Of a stretch of 34,288 nt of DNA, positions 7,671 to 16,222 are shown piece after piece; position 1 is the first letter of the stretch, and each line of letters begins with the position of its first letter. Position numbers and translations under genes: made by a program. Origin of the DNA: a virus (taxonomy: Duplodnaviria; Caudoviricetes); the IMG/VR virus record IMGVR_UViG_3300014656_001808, positions 1 to 34,288 of that record. One strand, 5' to 3'. The notes under the pieces are model-generated. The model ran no database searches and was not told the origin of the DNA. It was given only the letters and a program-made list of their open reading frames with translations.

Positions 7671-10600
7671 CTATTCATCCTTCGCCTCTCTCTCCTCATA
7701 CCTCCGCGTCAGCTCATCGAGCCGGTCGCGGAATTTCTTTTCCCCCTCGGCATTTCCCGCTTCTTTCGCCACCTTAATCTTCTTCGTCAGCGGCAAATAA
7801 ACTTGACCGTACCAATGGTTCAAGCGCCGGCGGCGAATGTCATCCCGCTCACTCAGTCGCTCCTTACCCAGCCGCCTCAACTTAAAGTGTTCACTGGTCA
7901 TCCGGCGCACTTTGGACGGCAGGCCCAACCGGAATCTTTCCCTCTCGGCGTCATCGCGCTCCAGTTCGGCCCATTCCATCTCGCTGCGACCCCGATCGGT
8001 GACGCGCAACAGCCGGCTCAACCAGGGCGCACCCTTAATCACCGTCTCGGCATACGATTCGTCGTCTTCCCCAAACGGCCCGCCTAACACCGGCTCCAGC
8101 AACGGATGCGCGATTTGCGACAACACGCCGAACTTATCGGCCGTCCAGCTCAGCATGCGCCTGGCCGAATCCCAGCCACCAACTTCATAATCCGCCTCCG
8201 GCACGATCGGCTCGCGAAAAAATGGATCAGTCGGATTGCTCCCCATCGCATACTGCGCCCACTTCGAGACAATCTCAAACGGCGGGCCTGTTGTACCCAG
8301 GAACTCGCCGACGGACTCAAACAGCATATCCTTAGCGGCGTTCTCAGCAGATCCGCGTGTCGTGTGCTTGCCGGCCAGTTCGGCCATCGCGTCCAGCCCC
8401 GCCGAAATAATGTTGCCCATGACTTTACCGGCGTCGTCCTGCGGCAATGTCAGTACGACCACCTTACCCTCATCGTCGCCCGGCCCTTTGATCGTTCCCA
8501 GAGGTATCGCGTCGTAATTATCACGGAAATATGAACTTATGGCCTCGTACATCGCCTGAATCGTCACACCGAACGCGCCCCACAAGGCCGCTTTCTTCAT
8601 CAGCGCCGGCAACAGCGTCCAGCGCACTCGATACCACCAGTAGGCCGCGGCCGTGTCCTTATTGAACGCGGCGTCTTTCTCCTGTTCCCAGCTATTCCAC
8701 TTCACCTTGGAATACATTTTTACCGTGTTGGTAATACTGGTCGCCAGCCCGTATTGCTTCCAATCCGGCGTACCGCCCTTCTTGCGCACGATCATGGCCC
8801 GCTCCTGGCCTGTGATCCCGCGCTTCCCGAGAATCCGGAAGACCGCGACCTTCATCGCCGCTTCCTGAATGATCCCCACGTCTTCCAGCCCTTCCAGCAG
8901 GCCACCCACATGGCGCATCACCCGGTTGCGCGTCTTCTCTTCGTCCATCAGTCCGTGCTGTTTGAGCATCTTCTCAAACAGCTCGGCTTCCGGTGTCGGA
9001 CTCTCGCTGGTCACGTCGATGTACGGTGTGCTGAGCGCCCGCTCGCGATACATCTGCTCGATTTCCGGATCATCCTGCCCCCACGCTCGGCGTATGGCCG
9101 CGCCCATCGCCTTGCCGTACTCTTTCACCACTTCGGCCGTGGTCACCTGCGGAAAATCGCTTATAGCTTGCGCCTTAGCCGCGTCTTTCGCCGTACCCTC
9201 GGCGACCAGTTTCCGCACCCGCCGAGCCCGCTGCCTGCTCATTTCGGCCTGAAGAAGCACCGCCGTCCGCTGTATGTCACGGCCGGGATTGTGTGCCTGG
9301 AACCCCGGCATCAGAGCGACCAGTAGCGGATGCCATATCTTGTATTCCCGACTGCCCAAAAACCGCCCGACATTGTCCAGCCAGCCGATGTTATGGGTCA
9401 TAAACTGCCGCGCGATCGGCACCGGCACGGACGCAACCTGCACCTGGCCATCGTTCATGCGATAGAGCCATTTGCGCCCGGGCGGCGGATTGCGTTTCAT
9501 CTGCCGCGCCCCGTAGGGCAGTTTTTCCACGGTCAGATCCTCTGGAAAGTCGTGTTTCAGCACTTCCCACAGCTTGTTTTTGGCCTTCTGAACCGTGATA
9601 TGCCGCGCTAGCGTCCAGAACTTCATTATCGTCCCGTGGAACGGGTTAAGATTTTCGCTCCACGTACCGACCTGCTTATAGATACCGGGTCCGACCGTCG
9701 CCTCGGTCATGTGCCGGAAGATAACGAACGCCGCGTAGGTGTCTTTGTGCGGCTCGATCTTCTCGGCGTGTGCCTTGGCGCCGTAAAAGCCCACGTCGCG
9801 CGCCTCGACGGTCATATCATAGGCGATGTCGTGAAACTTTCGCGCCAGCGCCTCCAGTTTGGCGTACTTCTCGTCCCCTAAATTTCGCCGCATGTATTCA
9901 AGCTGCTTTTGGGCTTCTTCCGGCACCCAGCCTTCCGGATTCGGCTTATCGGCCCGATCGTGAATCACCCGTTGCATTTGCAGGTAGTCGCCAATGTCGT
10001 AATCGCCCATCCCGGCCTCTTGCAGCGGCTTCTGGACGTAATTGCGCATGTCGCGCAGCAGATCGACTCCCCGCGCATTAGGGTCGAACATCTCGTCCAT
10101 CGCGTAATGCGCGTCACGCGCCCGCTGAAGTGCCGCCTCATCGGCCCCGCGCTTCTCCAGCCGCGGTTCTAGGTGCTTGGTAGGCGCGATCTTATTGACC
10201 ATGTATTGGCTGACGGTCTGTTCGGCCATCTCGCGCCAGCTCAGCCGCGCCGCCTGGATCATGGCCGCGTTGGCCCGCACCTTGTCCGTTCCGCGATCGT
10301 ACATCGCGTGCAGATTTTCCGCCCGTTGTGCCCCGAGCTGGTCGGCGTCGCCGTTCAGATTGATTTGCAGCTTGATATAGGCATCCAGCCACTCCGGCTT
10401 GCGGTTCAGGTACTCGCAGAACCCCCGGAAAAACATCGGCGCGCGCAATTCGAGTTCACCCGGCGTGTTCAGCATGACGCTCAGGGCTTGCGCGTACAAC
10501 TCGCGGCTGCTGTCGCGATATTTGCGATAGCTTCTGGACGCCCGCCGGCGATCCCACGGCGTCCACCACTGCGACAGATCGACCAGCTCGCGACGCAGAA

Positions 10601-13600
10601 CCTTCTCGTCGAGCAGTTGCCGTCGGCGGACTTCTTCCTCGATCAGTTCCCGCCAGCGCTTTCGCACTTCCTGGGCGTCCGGCGTGTGCTCCTCGATCTT
10701 CCGCATGACCTTCCGGCCGGTTGGTATTTCGCGCACGGCGGCGAACTCCTGAAGTTCTTCCGGCACCACGCCGCGTAACGCCTGCATGACAATGTCTTTC
10801 TTCTCGGCGGCGTTCAGCCGCTTGACATAATCCTCCAGTTTCTTGTTGATCTCCTGCCCGATGGTGTGGTTCCAGATGGCCTTGACATCCTCGGGCGTAA
10901 TCGGTGTGCTCTCGCGGATAACCTCATCGACCTCGATCTCGCCGCCGGTGGTCAGTTCCAGCTTAGCCTGGCGCCTGAGTTCTTTCTTCTCGGCTTCCGT
11001 CAATGGTCCGGGCGCCCCTGGAAACGGCGCCATGAACCGTTCCAGGTGTCCCCGCAAACTGGCGATCCGCCCGAGTATGTTACCACGCTTGAGTGTGCCT
11101 TCCGGGATATAGTCCGTCAGGTGTCCCACCTCATGCGCCAGCACCATTGCCAGCAGTTTCGGATCTTCAGCCGCGCGTGGATCGATCTCAATATCGCCAG
11201 CCTGCCACGGCACATCGGCCTCGATGGCCCGGAACTGACCGAGTCTGGAAGCCCGCAACCGTTTGATCCGCGGCGCCCGTCCGAGTAGCTCCTTGGCGAA
11301 TTGGTACAATTCGGGCATCGGCACGCCCTTGAGCGGCATGCGGTCGCCGATCTTACCTTCCGCCCTGGCTTCTTTTGGCGTCCAGTCGATCCGCACTTGC
11401 CCCTCGTCGGCCACCGCAAACGCCGTCCCCCCACCCCCACCTTTCCCCTTCTCGGTAGGACGAAGATTCTCTTCGTCCCCCTTCTCAACTTCCTCAGCCG
11501 CCTTCTCCTTCTCGACTGGCTCAACCAGCTCTTCTTTCGTCGGCACCGCCGCGTAAAACTGGTCGGCTTCGGTCAACCCCTTAATTGTCAGCCCATCGTC
11601 GCCCTTCAGCAGATCCACGTTGACCCGGATGGTATCCCCTTCCTTGGCCGTTTCGGGCACGGCGATCCCGATCGCTTCCGGCCGGCGGAAGATGTACGAC
11701 CCCCCATCTTGATAGTACAGCGCCTTTCTGGCATTCTCGCCACTGCCTTCCTCAAACACGGTGAACACCGGATCCAGCGCGAATTCCGGCACGGACGCGA
11801 TGAAATTTTTCAGTCTTTGCAGACTATCCCGCGCCGTGCTTAAATCATTTGCCTTCTGTCCGCGATACGCCTCTTCCCAAGGCACCACTTTCAATTCCCA
11901 TTTCGGTTCCGTCCGCTCCGCCGCCCGCTGCACCGCCCGCTTAGCCACCTGCTTCGACATTTTCGGCGGAACTTTTGGCGCCAGCGGCTTGAGTGGTTTT
12001 CTTTTCTTGTTTTCCTCCCGCTCGATCCACTCCCGCGCCTTTTCCGTAGGCGCATCCGGCGGCCCGGCTTCCTGCCTGCGCCGATACTGTTCACTCAGCC
12101 TCTCGTTCGCCACCTCCCTCAATGCATCCAGTCGGACCCGGTCCATGGCAGTCAGATGATCCGGCATGTCGGACATCTCTTCAGCCAGCTTTTCAAGTTC
12201 ATACCAGGGATATTCTCTGATAATTCCTCGGTACTCTTCCAGCGCTTCTTCTTCACCCGCCCGCTTCAACTCCAGCACTTCGCGTTCCAGATCGTCGATC
12301 TGCTCCCGTCGCTTATAATGTTCCCCCAGCATGGCATCATTGCGCTTACTTAACCGCTGAAACTTCGGATCGGCCAGTATGGCTTCGTGCTCCACTCTAC
12401 GCCGCGCGTTCGCCCGTTTGGCCATGACCCCCTTGCCCTTGCGCCCCACCGCTTGCTCGGCTTCGGCCGCCTTCTCCGCCACACCCTCGACCACCTTACG
12501 CTGCGTTTGCTGCAAAGCCTTATAGACCAGATCCCGCTTTTTCTGTGTGGCACGATCTTCAACTTCGATCTTCTCGATTTGCTTTTTCAGCCCCTTGATC
12601 TCCACCGCCTTCCGCTTGCCAGCTTCCGGCGGCGGCACTTCCCGCACATGCCCCCGCCGCCCTGTTTCGGTTCCTGGCTCACGCTTAACCTCCGGTTCCT
12701 TGGCCCCCATTTCCCCTGTACTGATTTCAGCCGACCCTAACCCCTCCCCCTCCCCTTTGCGTTCAACCTGCGCGATCTCTGGCGTTCCTTCCCCCGCCTC
12801 CGCCGCTCCTGGAGCCCCTGGCGCCGCTATCGCCTTGTTGCCTTGTTGCCTTGTTGCCTCGATGCCTTCTTCCTCTTTGCCTTCTCGACCTTTTTCAGTG
12901 TCCCGAACACGTAGGCCCGTTTCCGGTCCCCGGTCAACCCCTGCCGGTTGGCCCTTCTCACCAGTTGCTTGTGCAATTTCACCGGCATCCTCGACCTCCT
13001 TTTCCGCCGGCCGCTCCAGCGCCGCTTGCAGGAACCCCGCGAACCAGGCCCGTTCGTCGCTCGTCCATTTATCCGGACCACCCCGCGGCGCAATCTTACC
13101 AAACGGCCCCCTGGCCGATACCGATCCCGCATCCTCGAATTCCTTCACAATCGCCCTAGCCGCCCCCGGCTCGGCATCCGCGAACTTGTTCGCCCCCTCC
13201 TGCGTCATCAGATCCGTTTTCCGCCAGGCCGGACGAGGCTCCGCCTTGCCAGTCACCTTCCGCTTTGCTTCCGGTTTTTCCTTCCGCCAGGCCATCCGCT
13301 CCGCGATTTTCTTGTTAAGGTATTCCAGCCGCTTCGCATCGTTCGGATCCAGCTTCGACGTGCGTGTTAGTTGGTCCTGCATCTTGAACAGCAAATCATC
13401 CGTCGATTTCTCGACCACGTCCCTGAAAGTCTTGCCCTTCTTGGCTAACTCCTTCTGCCGAATCTCGACCAGCTCCACGATCGCCCGCGACGCCGGCTCA
13501 TCGGCCGCCTTGCCCTTATGCTTCGCGTGCAGGCCACTCAGCCCCTCTTCCGTCTGCTGCCAAACGAACCGTTGCAGCTCGGCATGCCGGGCCGCCACTT

Positions 13601-14681
13601 CTCGGCCCTGCCGCGCCACTTCCGCCTGGACCTGCCGCGCGTACCCGGTGATCTGATCGACTGATTTGGCCCCGCGGAATTTCTTCTCGTACTTCTTCCG
13701 CAGCCCCCGATAACCCGCGAACGTCGGCGGGATCAGCATCGACAGAATAGTTTCGGTCGTGTCCGCGCCTTCCACGTAAGCGATCCCACCGAACAGCCCC
13801 GACTCCACCGCCGTCCGGGCCCCCACCTCCGCCGCCCCCTTGGCCGGTATCGACCCGATCCCATGCAGCGTGGCCCCCATGACGAACCCGGCCCCTGGCT
13901 GACCGCCGTTGAACTGGTTCTCGATCTCGAAGGTCAGCGGCGTAGCCCAGCGCGCCGGCATCCTGGCCGGCAAGAGTTTCCGGAAGATCGCCAGTTGCAG
14001 GATGAACCCGGCCAGCCCGGTCCCGACATCGATCGTCTTTTCCATCACCCCTTCCGCTTCCGGCACTTCGATGTTGAGCGTCCCCCGCTCCGCCGCCAAC
14101 TCCGCCAGCGCCAGATCCTTGTGCGTCACTTCCGGCATCGGATACTTTTTTTGTATCCGCGGCCCCTCGAAGAGCAAATCCATGAACATTTCCGGATCGT
14201 AAACGTCCTTCCGCATCTTGCCGTAACGGTCGTACTTGACCACTTCATCGAACGCTTCCAGCCGTTTGCGGAAAACCTTCTGCCGCTCGACCCGGTCGGC
14301 CTCTTCGGCATAGTCTTCCGTCGCCACCGTACTGAACCGCAGCTTCTCCACCGGACTCATAATAATGTTTAATGTCTGCTTCCCCAACCGCATCAACGGC
14401 CCATCCCGCTCCGGCTCTTTTTGCGGGTAGGCCAAAGCTCCAGCTTTGTCAGCCGCCGCCGGCTCCCCGCGTACCATCTGTCGTTCCGGAGCCCCACCGG
14501 CCCAGATGATCGAGTCTCTCATTCGCTGATCCACGATCTGATCGATCCGTTCCAGCATATCCTGGCCGGGCGCCGTTTCTATCTCGGCTGGCTCAACCTG
14601 GCCGGCCAGTACCCGGTCCATCCGGCTCAGCAGATCCGGGTAGGGCGATGTTTCACTTCGTCCAGTCTGCAACGTACTCAT
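7671..14681 (-). CDS. Giant polyvalent/ejection protein with zincin-like metallopeptidase motif and LPD38-like C-terminus
   Basis: 2336 aa, last gene of the morphogenesis operon; LAHEVGH at 11121-11135 and a distal ELYAQ; C-terminal N.TDPFFREPIVP pattern resembles LPD38; long charged low-complexity linker. Confidence 0.75.
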   Translation of the reverse strand: MSTLQTGRSETSPYPDLLSRMDRVLAGQVEPAEIETAPGQDMLERIDQIVDQRMRDSIIWAGGAPERQMVRGEPAAADKAGALAYPQKEPERDGPLMRLGKQTLNIIMSPVEKLRFSTVATEDYAEEADRVERQKVFRKRLEAFDEVVKYDRYGKMRKDVYDPEMFMDLLFEGPRIQKKYPMPEVTHKDLALAELAAERGTLNIEVPEAEGVMEKTIDVGTGLAGFILQLAIFRKLLPARMPARWATPLTFEIENQFNGGQPGAGFVMGATLHGIGSIPAKGAAEVGARTAVESGLFGGIAYVEGADTTETILSMLIPPTFAGYRGLRKKYEKKFRGAKSVDQITGYARQVQAEVARQGREVAARHAELQRFVWQQTEEGLSGLHAKHKGKAADEPASRAIVELVEIRQKELAKKGKTFRDVVEKSTDDLLFKMQDQLTRTSKLDPNDAKRLEYLNKKIAERMAWRKEKPEAKRKVTGKAEPRPAWRKTDLMTQEGANKFADAEPGAARAIVKEFEDAGSVSARGPFGKIAPRGGPDKWTSDERAWFAGFLQAALERPAEKEVEDAGEIAQATGEKGQPAGVDRGPETGLRVRDTEKGREGKEEEGIEATRQQGNKAIAAPGAPGAAEAGEGTPEIAQVERKGEGEGLGSAEISTGEMGAKEPEVKREPGTETGRRGHVREVPPPEAGKRKAVEIKGLKKQIEKIEVEDRATQKKRDLVYKALQQTQRKVVEGVAEKAAEAEQAVGRKGKGVMAKRANARRRVEHEAILADPKFQRLSKRNDAMLGEHYKRREQIDDLEREVLELKRAGEEEALEEYRGIIREYPWYELEKLAEEMSDMPDHLTAMDRVRLDALREVANERLSEQYRRRQEAGPPDAPTEKAREWIEREENKKRKPLKPLAPKVPPKMSKQVAKRAVQRAAERTEPKWELKVVPWEEAYRGQKANDLSTARDSLQRLKNFIASVPEFALDPVFTVFEEGSGENARKALYYQDGGSYIFRRPEAIGIAVPETAKEGDTIRVNVDLLKGDDGLTIKGLTEADQFYAAVPTKEELVEPVEKEKAAEEVEKGDEENLRPTEKGKGGGGGTAFAVADEGQVRIDWTPKEARAEGKIGDRMPLKGVPMPELYQFAKELLGRAPRIKRLRASRLGQFRAIEADVPWQAGDIEIDPRAAEDPKLLAMVLAHEVGHLTDYIPEGTLKRGNILGRIASLRGHLERFMAPFPGAPGPLTEAEKKELRRQAKLELTTGGEIEVDEVIRESTPITPEDVKAIWNHTIGQEINKKLEDYVKRLNAAEKKDIVMQALRGVVPEELQEFAAVREIPTGRKVMRKIEEHTPDAQEVRKRWRELIEEEVRRRQLLDEKVLRRELVDLSQWWTPWDRRRASRSYRKYRDSSRELYAQALSVMLNTPGELELRAPMFFRGFCEYLNRKPEWLDAYIKLQINLNGDADQLGAQRAENLHAMYDRGTDKVRANAAMIQAARLSWREMAEQTVSQYMVNKIAPTKHLEPRLEKRGADEAALQRARDAHYAMDEMFDPNARGVDLLRDMRNYVQKPLQEAGMGDYDIGDYLQMQRVIHDRADKPNPEGWVPEEAQKQLEYMRRNLGDEKYAKLEALARKFHDIAYDMTVEARDVGFYGAKAHAEKIEPHKDTYAAFVIFRHMTEATVGPGIYKQVGTWSENLNPFHGTIMKFWTLARHITVQKAKNKLWEVLKHDFPEDLTVEKLPYGARQMKRNPPPGRKWLYRMNDGQVQVASVPVPIARQFMTHNIGWLDNVGRFLGSREYKIWHPLLVALMPGFQAHNPGRDIQRTAVLLQAEMSRQRARRVRKLVAEGTAKDAAKAQAISDFPQVTTAEVVKEYGKAMGAAIRRAWGQDDPEIEQMYRERALSTPYIDVTSESPTPEAELFEKMLKQHGLMDEEKTRNRVMRHVGGLLEGLEDVGIIQEAAMKVAVFRILGKRGITGQERAMIVRKKGGTPDWKQYGLATSITNTVKMYSKVKWNSWEQEKDAAFNKDTAAAYWWYRVRWTLLPALMKKAALWGAFGVTIQAMYEAISSYFRDNYDAIPLGTIKGPGDDEGKVVVLTLPQDDAGKVMGNIISAGLDAMAELAGKHTTRGSAENAAKDMLFESVGEFLGTTGPPFEIVSKWAQYAMGSNPTDPFFREPIVPEADYEVGGWDSARRMLSWTADKFGVLSQIAHPLLEPVLGGPFGEDDESYAETVIKGAPWLSRLLRVTDRGRSEMEWAELERDDAERERFRLGLPSKVRRMTSEHFKLRRLGKERLSERDDIRRRRLNHWYGQVYLPLTKKIKVAKEAGNAEGEKKFRDRLDELTRRYEEREAKDE
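12827..12988 (-). CDS. Nested 53-aa basic protein in the +1 frame of the giant gene
   Basis: Perfect AAGGAGG SD (13001-12995) 6 nt before the ATG; MPVKLHKQLVRRANRQGLTGDRKRAYVFGTLKKVEKAKRKK... Confidence 0.55.
   Translation of the reverse strand: MPVKLHKQLVRRANRQGLTGDRKRAYVFGTLKKVEKAKRKKASRQQGNKATRR
12832..12859. repeat. 8-bp tandem repeat (GCCTTGTT) x3.5
   Basis: Read directly at 12832-12859. Confidence 0.9.
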
Positions 14682-16219
14682 GGCGTCCCCCCACCCCCCA
14701 ATATAGCCCGTAGTTCCATCAGCTCTTCCATTTCGGCCTGTGTCAGCTTCTTCCCGCTCTCCGCCTTGACCAGCAACTCTTCCGCCCGCGCCGCCGCCGC
14801 GACCGCCGACGAAGCCGGCCGGCTGGTTGGTTGCGTTTCCGCCGCCGCTTCCGGCTTCAACAACGACTGTAGATCAAACGGCACTTCCTGGCCCGCCGCG
14901 ACATTCCTGGCCAGATCCGCAAGCAACTTCTGTCGCACCGCCGCCGCGCTTTTACCCATCATGCCCTTGACGCCCTGAAGTTTCTGCTCCATGCGCTCAA
15001 GTATTTCCTCATGCGTTCCCGGCTCAAGATCCTTACCCGACGCGGCCGCCGCCGCCGTCCGGTCCTTCAGGAGCTCGGCATGCGTGTCCGTGTACAGCTT
15101 AAAGTAGTCACCCTCATCGAGCCCGCCGGCCGCCCCGCCCTTCAACTTCTGCGCTTCGATATGATGCGGCGCGATATGCTCCAGCCCTTTATCGTCGTAG
15201 TACAAATCCATCCCCGGGTACTCCGCCCGCCGATGATACTTCGCCGGCTTCGTCCCGCCGCCCTGCCGCTCCTGATACTCCATCCAGCTCTGCAACGTGA
15301 CGCCTGCCGGCATGCCGGGCTTACCCGTTTTGGGATCGGTCACCATTGGCAAACCCGTCTGTTTGTCCATCCATACTTTCCCCGGCTCCTGCCCTTCCGG
15401 ATACGTCGGCGACTGGTTCTCGCGCAAGTTGATATGCCGGAGACTATTCGGCCCGTCCTTATAGAATGCAAAGCCGGTGCCCGGTACCTCAATGAAATCC
15501 CCGTTGGCCTTCAACTGCGCAAAGTGATCGACATTCCCCGGTTGCGGGATACTGCGATATTCAGCCAGTAATTGCTGCTGGACCTTATGGCGCCCCCGCA
15601 AGCCGACCTCTTTTTGCCAGGCGCCACCGCTCGCAATTACTCGATCGGCTTCCTGAAGCTGCTTGATCCGCATCCGCGTAGCCGGCTCGGCGTGCTCAAG
15701 CATCACTTCCGGCGGCCCCCACATCCCATCACCGCCACCACCGCCACCGCCGCCTGCTCGCCCCAGCGTCGCGCCGCCACCACCACCGCCCTGCAACTTG
15801 GCCCGGTTAACCCGGATCTCCTCGACCATCAAATCCTGGGCTAGTTCCTGGTCGCCGATGATCTTGTTTTGCTGCGCCTTCATGCCGGCGACGTGCTCGT
15901 ACATTGTCATGCCCGGCGGCCGGCTCTCGACAATCTGCTGCGTCCCCATGCCGTATTGCTTGAAGTTATACGCATCCAGCGCCCGCTGGTCCCCCTCGAT
16001 CGCCATCTGCTGCTGATGCGCCTGCTGATCCTCCATCAGCATCTTCTGCCACCCCATCTGGATACCTTGCTGCGTGGACCCCGCCCCCAATTGCAACATC
16101 TGGTTCCCCCGCGCGTATTCCTGGTCGCCGATCATTTTATCGGCGCCGCCCAGGCCACCGGCGTAGTCGAGCGCCGCCCGCATTATGGCCGGCGGTTCAT
16201 GCTGAAACGTGATCGGCAT
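14678..16219 (-). CDS. Putative internal virion / ejection protein
   Basis: Gln/Gly/Met-rich helical protein between two other ejection-type genes; ATGA coupling to the giant gene. Confidence 0.6.
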   Translation of the reverse strand: MPITFQHEPPAIMRAALDYAGGLGGADKMIGDQEYARGNQMLQLGAGSTQQGIQMGWQKMLMEDQQAHQQQMAIEGDQRALDAYNFKQYGMGTQQIVESRPPGMTMYEHVAGMKAQQNKIIGDQELAQDLMVEEIRVNRAKLQGGGGGGATLGRAGGGGGGGGDGMWGPPEVMLEHAEPATRMRIKQLQEADRVIASGGAWQKEVGLRGRHKVQQQLLAEYRSIPQPGNVDHFAQLKANGDFIEVPGTGFAFYKDGPNSLRHINLRENQSPTYPEGQEPGKVWMDKQTGLPMVTDPKTGKPGMPAGVTLQSWMEYQERQGGGTKPAKYHRRAEYPGMDLYYDDKGLEHIAPHHIEAQKLKGGAAGGLDEGDYFKLYTDTHAELLKDRTAAAAASGKDLEPGTHEEILERMEQKLQGVKGMMGKSAAAVRQKLLADLARNVAAGQEVPFDLQSLLKPEAAAETQPTSRPASSAVAAAARAEELLVKAESGKKLTQAEMEELMELRAILGGGGTP

Positions 16220-16222
16220 GTC

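Noticed and set aside
12911-12930. Possible twelfth REP-like copy GTAGGCCCGTTTCCGGTCC
   Set aside because: Stem is shorter, mismatched and lacks the AAG/CTT core; could be chance.
15725-15795. CCG/CCA-rich repeats in the 513-aa gene
   Set aside because: They encode poly-Gly linkers with mixed codons; ordinary low complexity.
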